Below the pieces are notes generated by a model. That model worked only from the letters and a program-made list of their open reading frames with translations, was not told the DNA's origin and made no database searches. 32,000 nucleotides of DNA. It comes from a bacterium (GTDB lineage: Bacteria > UBP7 > UBA6624). Positions 9,401 through 17,197 of this stretch are shown here, in pieces. The stretch is from contig PBAU01000003.1 of assembly GCA_002716355.1 (NCBI GenBank), forward strand, positions 1 to 32,000, given 5' to 3'. Position numbers and translations under genes: made by a program. The stretch's first letter is position 1; the number at the start of each line of letters is the position of its first letter.

Positions 9401-9622
9401 CAGAAAATAGATCTACTTATTGAGCTAAAAGAAAAATTTGTTATTATCGATTGGAAAACAGGTCAAAAGTCTGATGAAAAAAATGATCAATATTCTTTGC
9501 AGATTAACGGCTATAAAGATATTCTTTCTGATTTTTTAAAACAAAAAAATATCAACAAAGGTATTGAGTGTTACATAGTCTGGGTCGATCAAGATGGTTT
9601 GATTTTTGATGAGGTTCTTTGA
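6482..9622 (+). CDS. addA: AddA-like UvrD/Rep-family helicase with C-terminal PD-(D/E)XK nuclease
   Basis: Helicase motifs appear in order: NASAGTGKTT, DEFQDTN, FVGDHKQAIYKFRDAS, LNSSYRS, TVYGAKGLSADHVVV, YVSMTRAKKTLH. The C-terminal nuclease signature is GDALHKVLD...IDLLIE...VIIDWKTGQK. Confidence 0.8.
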   Translation: MTAVPQFINASAGTGKTTRLVIYYLYKLLQSSDPKKIIACTFTIAATNEFKNRVIEYLRFPDEDLESLFKSFELKPISIPENKHSFIPLLEIKTLDSFFLSLFSKNSNSIFYRVMTDFDFERVYENSYKDWIASADGFEQSLWHGKLRQVVRKLEPYSLDEIKNLFDSSKFLNLDIFLESRKQEIKKLFLEIKDSLPREFKPTPKSKDYIKLINDAYLNLDFSEINSKKIIDELKKIERYFGSRSELNLELMKKISKFKTILRNYEKNDFKYEEQSVLTSNLLRLISIFKSKTSKERLMSSGFISRSILKSLKKNDFDFECEHLFVDEFQDTNRIQSQILSRLKDKFGFDITFVGDHKQAIYKFRDASSQAFFEFDSKVDQEHKQYLNSSYRSNKSVLALTNWLFERYYENSDDWHLFSDEKSPMFSSKQSCPLTIWSCENAEITRGGGGVWKKSGRSGRKSKNIEKRTIDCVSWIQEKHPDESILVLARNWIQLGRIAKSLNASGVNAIIAGNPNLIDDDDIDQDIVYLKKIIKCLVNPDDQMLLNSVLLGNCFAHTLKDLSSSSSLKDSIDLVRDYSSRIYSGDSFTAVLTDFLNETGYLYGIKGDSRSHERTLKIFEFLKIMLSHEKEGNFDKFSDVLKWIDVYFRIHSPPSGLSSPQPVILRTVYGAKGLSADHVVVVNPDERWLKSCFEDLEFEKILPSDSYSEGNNSFELMLTDDGEIDSMWFSLGKGDNGKYKIWTNESFIESWERNAGEFYDEEVNLNYVSMTRAKKTLHAVSNGLYHPQKTRRGDLFSVIYRLILEDFDNSFEAFSNSSLDEVSVSIPEKYTQGQGYKEDSCVKYLFPHSRKLQEKHRILDRSLLSPDSENYILNKRSQKEVPLIVSHTDESARGDALHKVLDVFGPPMEDSWLNNVQSSNVRQIFNLEKDNFDNLVRNFSENLQNNKKWLDFASGFLNMWTEYPLCGSGNKQFQKIDLLIELKEKFVIIDWKTGQKSDEKNDQYSLQINGYKDILSDFLKQKNINKGIECYIVWVDQDGLIFDEVL

Positions 9623-9624
9623 CC

Positions 9625-10614
9625 ATGAGCTTTAGAAAACATTTGTTTTTAGGTTTTGAAGGTCTGGAATTGAATTCTGAACTGAAAGATTATTTAATGT
9701 ACTTCAAAGCAGGATCATTGATAGTGTTTTCAAGAAATTGGGACTCTCCAAAACAGTTCAAGGAACTATTGAGATCAATCAGAGCCCTTTACAGGAATAA
9801 TGGCATAGACAAACCTTTGATTGGTGTTGACCAAGAGGGAGGCAAGGTCCAAAGGTTTAAAAGTGGTTTTATGGATTTTCCTTCATTTCATTCATTAGGA
9901 CAAAAGTTTAAAAAGGACGGTTTGTTAGATTATGTTTATGACTTGGCTAAAGAAAAAGCTAGGATGTTAAAAGATCTTGGGGTAGATATAAATTTTTCTC
10001 CCGTTTTAGACGTTGCTAGAAATAAAAATAATCCGATAATTTACCAACTAGAAAGATCTTTTTCTGAGGATGAAAGAATTGTTTCATTATTAAGTGCAAG
10101 TTATTCAAAAGGTTTGATGGATTCTGGAATTATTGCTTGTGGCAAGCATTTTCCAGGACATGGAGGCACTGATGAAGACAGTCATTTGGAGCTTCCTGTG
10201 GTTTTGGATCATCCAGAAAAGATGTTCTGTGACCTTGTGCCTTTTTCATCTTTTATCAATAAAGGTTTCAGCATGATAATGTCTTCACATGTTCTTTACC
10301 CTTTAATCGATCCTGACAGACCAGCAACATTAAGCAAAAGGATCAATAAGGGACTTTTGCGAAATGGTCTTGGCTTTAAAGGTGTTTTGGTCAGTGATGA
10401 CTTATGCATGAAAGCTCTTTACAGCAAAAAGCTAAAAGAAAGATTTAGCATCAATGATCTGTTTTTAGAGGCATTAAACGCAGGTAATGATATGGTTCTT
10501 GTTTGTCACGAGCAGTATGCTAAAGAGCTAAATTTGAAAATGCTCCATAGAAAGACGAAAGAAAAATTTAGAGATTCAAGAATGAGAATCGATTCTTTAA
10601 AAAGTTTAACCTAG
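9625..10614 (+). CDS. nagZ: Beta-N-acetylhexosaminidase, glycoside hydrolase family 3
   Basis: GVDQEGGKVQRF, KHFPGHGGTDEDSHLELP and VSDDLCM are typical NagZ motifs. The track start at 9619 is TTG; the first ATG is at 9625, 2 nt after the addA-like stop. Confidence 0.9.
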   Translation: MSFRKHLFLGFEGLELNSELKDYLMYFKAGSLIVFSRNWDSPKQFKELLRSIRALYRNNGIDKPLIGVDQEGGKVQRFKSGFMDFPSFHSLGQKFKKDGLLDYVYDLAKEKARMLKDLGVDINFSPVLDVARNKNNPIIYQLERSFSEDERIVSLLSASYSKGLMDSGIIACGKHFPGHGGTDEDSHLELPVVLDHPEKMFCDLVPFSSFINKGFSMIMSSHVLYPLIDPDRPATLSKRINKGLLRNGLGFKGVLVSDDLCMKALYSKKLKERFSINDLFLEALNAGNDMVLVCHEQYAKELNLKMLHRKTKEKFRDSRMRIDSLKSLT

Positions 10615-10617
10615 TTT

Positions 10618-11544
10618 TTAGCTTTTGGGCGGTTCAATGATTTCTTTTTTTGGAATTTCTCTGATTAGTCTGAATCCAATAAGTATATGTTTTGTATTTT
10701 CATCCCACTCTCTAAAAAAAGCAGTTCTGCATGTTTCAGGAATTGAATTCCATGAGCATCCTTTAGTTATTGTTTTTGAAATTATGTTTTTGTCATTTGT
10801 TTCTGATTCTGTTGCTGTCCATTCCATCACATTTCCCATTGCATCAAGTAGTCCGTAAGGGTAGGGGCTTTTATCTTTTTCATATTCTCCTACCTTGCTG
10901 GTTCCATTCCAATTTCCCGAATTTAAATAACTTGCATCCCATTTGTTTCCCCATGGATAAGTCCTTCCATCTTTTCCTCTGGTTGCTTTTTCTAATTCAT
11001 CAGCTGTCGGTAATCGATATTTGCAACCATCTTGACTTGATAGCCATTCAGCATATTTTTCAGCATCTTTTTTGCTAACTAATACAACAGGGTGTTCTCC
11101 GAGATTTTCAGGAAATCTGGCTCCAGGCCATATGTATTTTTCAACTTTGTCAAAAGTGAAATTTGGTGATATTTCAAATTCAAAAAACTTTTTTTGTTTT
11201 TCCCATTCTTCCATTGTTATTGAAGGAGATCTGTGTCCTGTCCATCTTACAAACCATCTATACTCTGCTTGAGTCACTAGTTTTTTGCTTATTTCAAACT
11301 CTAAAGTTTCTTTTTCATGAAGGTCAGGTTCTCTTTCAAAAATATTCAGAACACCTGCAATCTTTGGTTTTATTTTTTGTTTTTCTTCAAGAGATGAACC
11401 TGATTTGAATTTTCCAGCTTCTATTTTTGCATAGTTCTTATCTAACTCTGGACAAATGCGTTCTCTTTCCTCATATCCTTCATCAGCAAGAATATTTAAT
11501 GTGAAACCGAACAAAAGAGTGAGAAGTGTAATTTTTTTTATCAT
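10618..11544 (-). CDS. Secreted formylglycine-generating-enzyme (SUMF1/FGE-sulfatase domain) family protein
   Basis: MIKKITLLTLLFGFTLNILA looks like a signal peptide. Family motifs are RLPTADELEKATRG, YPWGNKW, GNVMEWT, KGCSWNS and GFRLIRE. An alternative upstream ATG is at 11562. Confidence 0.85.
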   Translation of the reverse strand: MIKKITLLTLLFGFTLNILADEGYEERERICPELDKNYAKIEAGKFKSGSSLEEKQKIKPKIAGVLNIFEREPDLHEKETLEFEISKKLVTQAEYRWFVRWTGHRSPSITMEEWEKQKKFFEFEISPNFTFDKVEKYIWPGARFPENLGEHPVVLVSKKDAEKYAEWLSSQDGCKYRLPTADELEKATRGKDGRTYPWGNKWDASYLNSGNWNGTSKVGEYEKDKSPYPYGLLDAMGNVMEWTATESETNDKNIISKTITKGCSWNSIPETCRTAFFREWDENTKHILIGFRLIREIPKKEIIEPPKS

Positions 11545-11577
11545 ATTAATGAAATGATACATTATTTTTTAAATAAT

Positions 11578-12573
11578 TTATTCTGAAATGGCATCAAACT
11601 TTCCGTCTTTGACAAGTCTAGAGAAAAGCATGACTAGTTCTGAGTCAAGTTTTCCTGCTTGAGCTTCTTCCTGAAGTATTCTTATTGCCGTTTCTGGACT
11701 CATTGATTTCTTATAGCTTCTTGTAGTTGTTAAAGCGTCATATATGTCTGCAATAGCCATTATCCGTGATTCTTTAGTTATCTCATCACCTTTTAACTTG
11801 TCTGGATACCCAGATCCATCCAGTTTTTCATGATGATGAAGGACTATATCTACAACAGCCTTAAGTGATTTTAGATCTTGAAGAATATCTGCACCTATTG
11901 ATGGATGAAGAAGTATATGCTTCCATTCCTCTTCAGATAATTTTCCTTCTTTGTTTAAGACTGCATCTGGTACAGCAATTTTTCCAAGATCATGAAGCAA
12001 GGCTCCCCTTTTCAGGTTTCTTAAATCCCATTCCTCCAAACCAGCAGCTTCTCCTAGTTTTACGGCATATTCTGTAACTCTTTCCACATGACCCTCTGTA
12101 TATTTGTCTTTTGCCTCAATTATTTTTGCAGTCATTGCTATTACAGCATCAACACTTTCAAGTTCATCTAAAAGATTTTTACCCCTTAGTAGATTTCTAA
12201 CTCTTGCCATAAGTAATGATTTGTTGAATGGTTTTGTTATAAAGTCATCAGCACCAAGCTCAATACCTTTAACATTACTATCTATATCTGATAGTGCTGT
12301 TAGTAGTATTATTGGAATGAGCTCTGTTTCCTTGTTCGATCTGATTTCTTCTAGAACTTGGAAGCCATCTATTTTTGGCATCATAATGTCTAGAAGAACT
12401 AAATCTGGATGTTTCTCCCCAATTTGCTTAAGGGCTTCTTCTCCATCTCTTGCCACTCTTACATCATGCCCTCTGCTTAACAACAAGGCTTCTAATACTC
12501 TTACATTCATCTCATTGTCGTCAACAACAAGAATATCTGCTTTTGGCATTGGCATATTTATCATTCTAATCAT
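11578..12573 (-). CDS. Response regulator with receiver domain and HD-GYP output domain (c-di-GMP phosphodiesterase type)
   Basis: Receiver motifs are ILVVDDNEMN, DLVLLDIMMPKIDG and ITKPF. The HD-GYP domain shows ALLHDLGKIAVP and HHEKLDGSGYP. The start is ambiguous, with in-frame ATGs at 12573, 12564, 12555 and 12549. Confidence 0.9.
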   Translation of the reverse strand: MIRMINMPMPKADILVVDDNEMNVRVLEALLLSRGHDVRVARDGEEALKQIGEKHPDLVLLDIMMPKIDGFQVLEEIRSNKETELIPIILLTALSDIDSNVKGIELGADDFITKPFNKSLLMARVRNLLRGKNLLDELESVDAVIAMTAKIIEAKDKYTEGHVERVTEYAVKLGEAAGLEEWDLRNLKRGALLHDLGKIAVPDAVLNKEGKLSEEEWKHILLHPSIGADILQDLKSLKAVVDIVLHHHEKLDGSGYPDKLKGDEITKESRIMAIADIYDALTTTRSYKKSMSPETAIRILQEEAQAGKLDSELVMLFSRLVKDGKFDAISE

Positions 12574-12594
12574 TGGATTAGGATAAGCATAAGC

Positions 12595-14445
12595 ATGTCA
12601 ATAAGAGCACGTTTGTTATTACTTTTCCCTTTGCTTTTTGTTTTGGTTATAGGTATATCTGGAAGCATAACTTTGAAAAAAATAAATGACAACATAGCTC
12701 GTTCTCAAGAAACAACAATTAATTCTCAAACACTTCTGCTCAAAAGATTTTTTAGAAATTATGGATCCAAAACAAAAGATTCCTCTGCTTCCATAGCTGC
12801 TGATATGGGTCAGGCCGAGGAACCTTTAGAAAGATGGGGAAGGCTGAGCACTAAAACTGTAAAAGAAAATTTTGACTTGGTAGTTTTTCATGATCTTTCA
12901 AACAACACCTTCGCCTCTTGGGAAAAAAATGATTGGTTAGGTTTTGAAAAAAAGGATCAAACTTTCATATCAGACCTTTCAGAGCAGCCTGTTTATGGTT
13001 GGGACTATTTCATGTTAGGCGATGAGCCAGTAGCAGTAGGCTATGCTCCTGTTTTTGATATCCCTGGTGGCGTGTCTCAAAAAGATTATGAAGAATGGCT
13101 TGAAGGCGGTTTGGACAAGGTAAAGCTAGAAAGAATAGGTACTTTGGTTTTGGGCGTAAGAGTTAAGAGCACCATGATTCCGGAAGCTTTTAAGTATCTG
13201 ACTGTCGAAGATATCCTTTACTTTAATAAAAATGAAACTCCAAAATCTTTTAAATCTTTTGAGATAGAGGAGCTTATAGGCGAGGGTCCCGGTTCTGTTT
13301 CGGAATTTATTCAAGAAGAAATTGTTCAAAATGGTAAATGGGCAATAACTTATGACAACCCTTATGCGGTCCAGGGTTTTCCTTTGGTGGGTCCAAACAG
13401 TGGTGATAGTAAAGGTGCAGTTGTTATTGTGAGCAATATGTCACAAGACATATCTATAGGGGAGGAGCTTTTTGCAGGAATGCAAATGCTTCTCGTTATT
13501 ACGGTTTTAATAGCTGTAATAATCGCAATAATTTTAGGAAGGTCGATATCTAGGCCGATTAGAGTTTTGGCAGATGCTGTAGAGGATATGAAGCCAGGAA
13601 AGGATATGAATATTTCTATAAATAATAAGGCAAAAGATGAAATATCAATATTGGGTCGTTCTGTTTTTTCAATGCATAAAAGGATAGAAAGCCAAGTTAA
13701 TGAACTTGAAACATTAAATGAGCAGGTTTCATCTGCATATGAGTCAAAATCTAGATTTTTATCAACAATGAGCCATGAGTTAAGAACACCATTGAATGCA
13801 ATAATAAATTTTTCAGAAATTTTGAAAGAGAAAAGTTTTGGGCCTCTTAAAGAAAGACAAGAAGAGTTTGTTCAAAATATTAATGAAAGTGCAAATCATT
13901 TGTTGGCTTTGATTAATGACATTTTAGATCTTTCAAGATCTGAGGTTGGAAAAACTAAATCAAATCCAGAAAAAATACAAGTAAGAGAAGTTCTAGAAAG
14001 TGTATTAAAGGAACTTGAGGTTATAGCAGACAAACAAAAAATAGCAATATCTTCAGAAATTGAAGGACCAGGTGAGTTGTGGTTTGACCCTAGGCATGCA
14101 AGGCAAATATTGACAAATTTGATAGGAAATTCAATTAAATATAACAAAGATGGCGGGAAGGTAGACATTAAAATTTACCCGAATGAAGATCCTAGGTTTA
14201 TGACTGTTAGTGTTCATGATACTGGTTTAGGGATACCGGAAGAGGAGCAATCATCTATTTTTGAAGCTTTCACCAGGGCGAAGTCTACCGATAGATCAGC
14301 TATATCTGGAACAGGTTTAGGTTTGGCTCTTGTAAAGCAGCTAGTAGAATTGAATCAAGGTGATGTTTATTTAACTTCTTCTTCTGATGAAGGTACTGAG
14401 TTTAATTTGATACTTCCTGTTTTGGATGTTAAAAAGGGTAGGTGA
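12595..14445 (+). CDS. Membrane sensor histidine kinase (periplasmic sensor region, HAMP, HisKA, HATPase_c)
   Basis: An N-terminal TM segment is followed by an extracytoplasmic region of about 270 aa and a second TM (LLVITVLIAVIIAIILG). The H-box is MSHELRTPLNAI. The N/G boxes are NLIGNSIKYN, DTGLGI and GTGLGLALV. Confidence 0.9.
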   Translation: MSIRARLLLLFPLLFVLVIGISGSITLKKINDNIARSQETTINSQTLLLKRFFRNYGSKTKDSSASIAADMGQAEEPLERWGRLSTKTVKENFDLVVFHDLSNNTFASWEKNDWLGFEKKDQTFISDLSEQPVYGWDYFMLGDEPVAVGYAPVFDIPGGVSQKDYEEWLEGGLDKVKLERIGTLVLGVRVKSTMIPEAFKYLTVEDILYFNKNETPKSFKSFEIEELIGEGPGSVSEFIQEEIVQNGKWAITYDNPYAVQGFPLVGPNSGDSKGAVVIVSNMSQDISIGEELFAGMQMLLVITVLIAVIIAIILGRSISRPIRVLADAVEDMKPGKDMNISINNKAKDEISILGRSVFSMHKRIESQVNELETLNEQVSSAYESKSRFLSTMSHELRTPLNAIINFSEILKEKSFGPLKERQEEFVQNINESANHLLALINDILDLSRSEVGKTKSNPEKIQVREVLESVLKELEVIADKQKIAISSEIEGPGELWFDPRHARQILTNLIGNSIKYNKDGGKVDIKIYPNEDPRFMTVSVHDTGLGIPEEEQSSIFEAFTRAKSTDRSAISGTGLGLALVKQLVELNQGDVYLTSSSDEGTEFNLILPVLDVKKGR

Positions 14446-14451
14446 AAATGC

Positions 14452-14640
14452 ATGAAAGATCATGATGAGATTTTTGCAAAAATATTAAAAAAAATTGATC
14501 AAAGGTTTTTGTCTGGAGACTTAAATAATATTGAATCAGCTTTACATCTTTTGCTACACAATGTTAGAGATGTCCCTGACAGGCCATGGAAAAATATAGT
14601 AAATTTTTTAGAATCTGAATACCTTTCTGATGAAGATTAG
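14452..14640 (+). CDS. Small acidic hypothetical protein (62 aa)
   Basis: The ATG lies 6 nt after the kinase stop, and the ORF overlaps the next gene by 11 nt, so it fits the operon spacing. I recognised no family motif. Confidence 0.5.
   Translation: MKDHDEIFAKILKKIDQRFLSGDLNNIESALHLLLHNVRDVPDRPWKNIVNFLESEYLSDED
14453..14475 (+). repeat. 23-nt exact repeat, copy 2 (TGAAAGATCATGATGAGATTTTT), at the 5' end of the 62-aa ORF
   Basis: Identical to 3317-3339; see that entry. Confidence 0.9.
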
Positions 14641-15775
14641 CCTTTTTGCATTATTATTTTTTTCTTTTTCGGCTTTTGAGTCAGTGGCTATTAATCCTTG
14701 TGACTTAAAAATTGATCCAGTAGATATTTTAGACTTCTTCAACAAGGACCAAAGCTTTAGCGCAAGACAAGAGCTCTGGAAAGAGTTTCGTTACGGAGAG
14801 GAAGATTACAAAGGTTCTGTGGAGCAGAATTACAGACTTTCTAGATCCCTTTTGGGTAATGTTGAATATTTAAATTTCGAAGAGCCTGATTCCGTTGTTG
14901 AGTTTTTAGATCTTTTAGGTATCGATTCAAGTTTTTCATATCGTTCAAAATTGTATTCTTTTTATGTTAAAAAACGTGATTTGTATAGAGGTGAAAAAAA
15001 TCAAAATCAAGACATTATCAATCAGATTTTGAAAGCTGTTTATGAGGTTAGGCCAGTAGAAGAGGATGTAGAGGTTAAGCTTTACAAGCAAGGGGTAAGC
15101 TTGCCAAATGAAAACTCTTTACTTGAAACTCTCTGGAAGAGAGCTTCTGATGAAAAATGGGAAAAAGGAGACGCGGAGCAGAAGAGAGAGCTTGAGACAA
15201 TACTGAAGAACAGATTGTTAGAAGGAAATTTTGATTTTTCTAAACTAAAAGATGTTATGCTTTATTTGGGCTTTGTCGAAAATATTCAAAATAAAGATAT
15301 CCTTTGGAGAGAGATGAGAAGGTATTATCCTCTTTATAGAAATAAAAATTATAGGAAGAGCATTAAGAACGATAAACTTTTGCTCAAATGGCTAAAAGAG
15401 AAGTATATGGTTGGTCAAAATTCTTCTTTTTTTACAGAGGTTTTAATGACTGCATATAATCCTTTACCTGAGCAAACTGACTCAACACCTTTTGAGGCTG
15501 CGTCAGGAAAAATCGTTAGAGAAGGTTATGTTGCTGTTAGCAAGGATCTTGAGTCTAGGTTTCCTTTAGGTTCTTTCATTGAAATTGTTATTGTTTGTGA
15601 AATTAATCAAGAAGGTGATTGTCTTGGTTCCGAGTCTCAAGAAAAGGGTGATTTTTTCCGTTTAAAGATTGAAGACAGGATGCATCCTAGAAAAAAGAAT
15701 CAAGTTGATATTTTCTTCATGTGCAAACAAGATGCAGTTAAATTTGGCAGAAGAAAAGCCTTATTGCTCTTTTAG
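14630..15775 (+). CDS. Secreted protein with three degenerate ~45-aa N-terminal modules and a C-terminal 3D (MltA-like double-psi beta-barrel) domain
   Basis: The signal peptide is MKISLFALLFFSFSAFESVA. The C-terminus TAYNPLPEQTDSTPFEAASGKIVREGYVAVSKDLESRFPLGSFIEI...KIEDRMHPRKKNQVDIFF fits the 3D-domain pattern. Confidence 0.7.
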   Translation: MKISLFALLFFSFSAFESVAINPCDLKIDPVDILDFFNKDQSFSARQELWKEFRYGEEDYKGSVEQNYRLSRSLLGNVEYLNFEEPDSVVEFLDLLGIDSSFSYRSKLYSFYVKKRDLYRGEKNQNQDIINQILKAVYEVRPVEEDVEVKLYKQGVSLPNENSLLETLWKRASDEKWEKGDAEQKRELETILKNRLLEGNFDFSKLKDVMLYLGFVENIQNKDILWREMRRYYPLYRNKNYRKSIKNDKLLLKWLKEKYMVGQNSSFFTEVLMTAYNPLPEQTDSTPFEAASGKIVREGYVAVSKDLESRFPLGSFIEIVIVCEINQEGDCLGSESQEKGDFFRLKIEDRMHPRKKNQVDIFFMCKQDAVKFGRRKALLLF

Positions 15776-16213
15776 AAAATCTAAATTTCTTTCTTCTTTT
15801 TCTATCGATAAAACTATGCTTGTATTTGTGCTTTCGATATTTCTATCATTCAGCAGTTCTTTTATTTTTTTGTTCATGGTTTTTCTGTTTCTGAATTTGC
15901 CCATGGTAGCAATGTCATACTCGCCAGTTATTTCATAAACAAACTCAAGAGATCTGTCCTTTTTTAAAGATTTAACAATTCGTCTAATATGTGGCCCATT
16001 TGCTTTTATTAGAAAAAGAGCAATAAGGTCAAAGCCTAATTTTTCTAGGTTTATATCAGCCTTGTAACCTTTTACCACATTCTCTCTCTCCATCTCTTTT
16101 ATTGCTTTTTGAACACTTGATGTTGAAAGTCCTACTTTCTTGCCTATTTCCGCATAGGAAGCTTTGCCGTCTGTTTGAAGTATGGATAGTATTTTTAAAT
16201 GTGTTTTTTTCAT
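15761..16213 (-). CDS. Lrp/AsnC-family transcriptional regulator
   Basis: LKILSILQTDGKASYAEIGKKVGLSTSSVQKAIKEMERENVVKGY is the HTH, followed by a RAM/ACT-like C-terminal half. Its ATG overlaps the upstream protease stop (ATGA). Confidence 0.9.
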   Translation of the reverse strand: MKKTHLKILSILQTDGKASYAEIGKKVGLSTSSVQKAIKEMERENVVKGYKADINLEKLGFDLIALFLIKANGPHIRRIVKSLKKDRSLEFVYEITGEYDIATMGKFRNRKTMNKKIKELLNDRNIESTNTSIVLSIEKEERNLDFLKEQ

Positions 16214-17166
16214 AAGTAACGATCATCTAATGCTCTCGGTTTAAGATTTAAAGATATCCTTAGCTCTCCAACACCATAGCGAAATATTAATAATTCAATA
16301 GTATTTGGATAATCAAGGTTGTCAACAATTTCAAAAGCTTTATTTTTAGAGTTAACAGGATTTCCATCTATTGCAAGAATGATGTCATTTTTTTGGATTA
16401 GTTTTTTTGCTGATTGAGACATGTTTGTGATTTTTATAATTTTTTTCATCGAATCAATATCCTGATTGATGTAGTCTTCTTTAATTTCTAATCCAATCAT
16501 TGGGTGAATTGCTTTATTTTCTAGAATTTTTTCACTCCAGTAAATAATTTTATCTATTGGGATTGCAAAATTTATATTTTCAACTTCTCCAGCAAGCTTC
16601 CCTGAGGTCATGCCTATCAAGTGTCCTTGGCTGTCAAACATTGGGCCTCCTGAATTTCCAGGATTTGTAGCCACATCAGTTTGTATCAGGCCCCATTTAA
16701 GATGGTTTTTGGTGTCCAAAAACCTATCTACTGCACTGATAATCCCTTTCGACACAGAGGATGAAAGTCCAAAAGGATTTCCTATAGCCATAACTTCTTC
16801 GCCAGGCAATAGTTTTTTGTTTTTAAGATTTCTGAACTCAAGTGGTTTTTGCCAAAACTGAGTTGGTATTTTCAGTATTGCGATATCTAAAATCGGATCA
16901 CTGCCTATTAATTCTGCAGAAAAAACAGTTCCATTTTCCGAAGAGACGATTATTTGATCTGAATCTGCAACAATATGGTGATTGGTTATTACTGAGCCTT
17001 CGATTTTAAACATAAAGCCTGAACCTTCAGAATGATTATTCGTCCATGGATTTTCATTATTTTTTTTTAAAGAGACGATATGCACAACTGTTTTTTCTGC
17101 TTTTTGAACAAGTTCGGTCCATTTGTTTTCAAAGCTTAGAGCAAATATCAAAATTATTTGAAGCAT
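16210..17166 (-). CDS. HtrA/DegP-like trypsin-fold serine protease with C-terminal PDZ, membrane-anchored
   Basis: HHIVADSD is the His region and GNSGGPMFDSQGHLIGM is the Ser motif. A PDZ-like tail follows (IILAIDGNPVNS). The longest ORF (to 17325) overlaps the divergent mutase gene. Internal ATGs at 17211 and 17166 are more plausible; the exact start is uncertain. Confidence 0.85.
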   Translation of the reverse strand: MLQIILIFALSFENKWTELVQKAEKTVVHIVSLKKNNENPWTNNHSEGSGFMFKIEGSVITNHHIVADSDQIIVSSENGTVFSAELIGSDPILDIAILKIPTQFWQKPLEFRNLKNKKLLPGEEVMAIGNPFGLSSSVSKGIISAVDRFLDTKNHLKWGLIQTDVATNPGNSGGPMFDSQGHLIGMTSGKLAGEVENINFAIPIDKIIYWSEKILENKAIHPMIGLEIKEDYINQDIDSMKKIIKITNMSQSAKKLIQKNDIILAIDGNPVNSKNKAFEIVDNLDYPNTIELLIFRYGVGELRISLNLKPRALDDRYL

Positions 17167-17197
17167 ATATAAATTGTACAAAGGATAGGATATTGGT

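Noticed and set aside
10625-11408. Four plus-strand ORFs (10625-10858, 10770-11078, 11072-11272, 11163-11408)
   Set aside because: All are antisense to the FGE-family gene, which has clear family motifs. The translations are low in complexity and mutually overlapping.
12104-12586. 160-aa plus-strand ORF (and 11865-12077)
   Set aside because: They are antisense to the well-supported response-regulator/HD-GYP gene. The composition is Ser/Ile/Leu-rich with no motif.
15669-15938. 89-aa plus-strand ORF spanning the convergent gene junction
   Set aside because: It overlaps the 3' end of the 3D-domain gene in another frame and is antisense to the AsnC regulator. The translation is a Phe/Ser/Leu-rich shadow frame.
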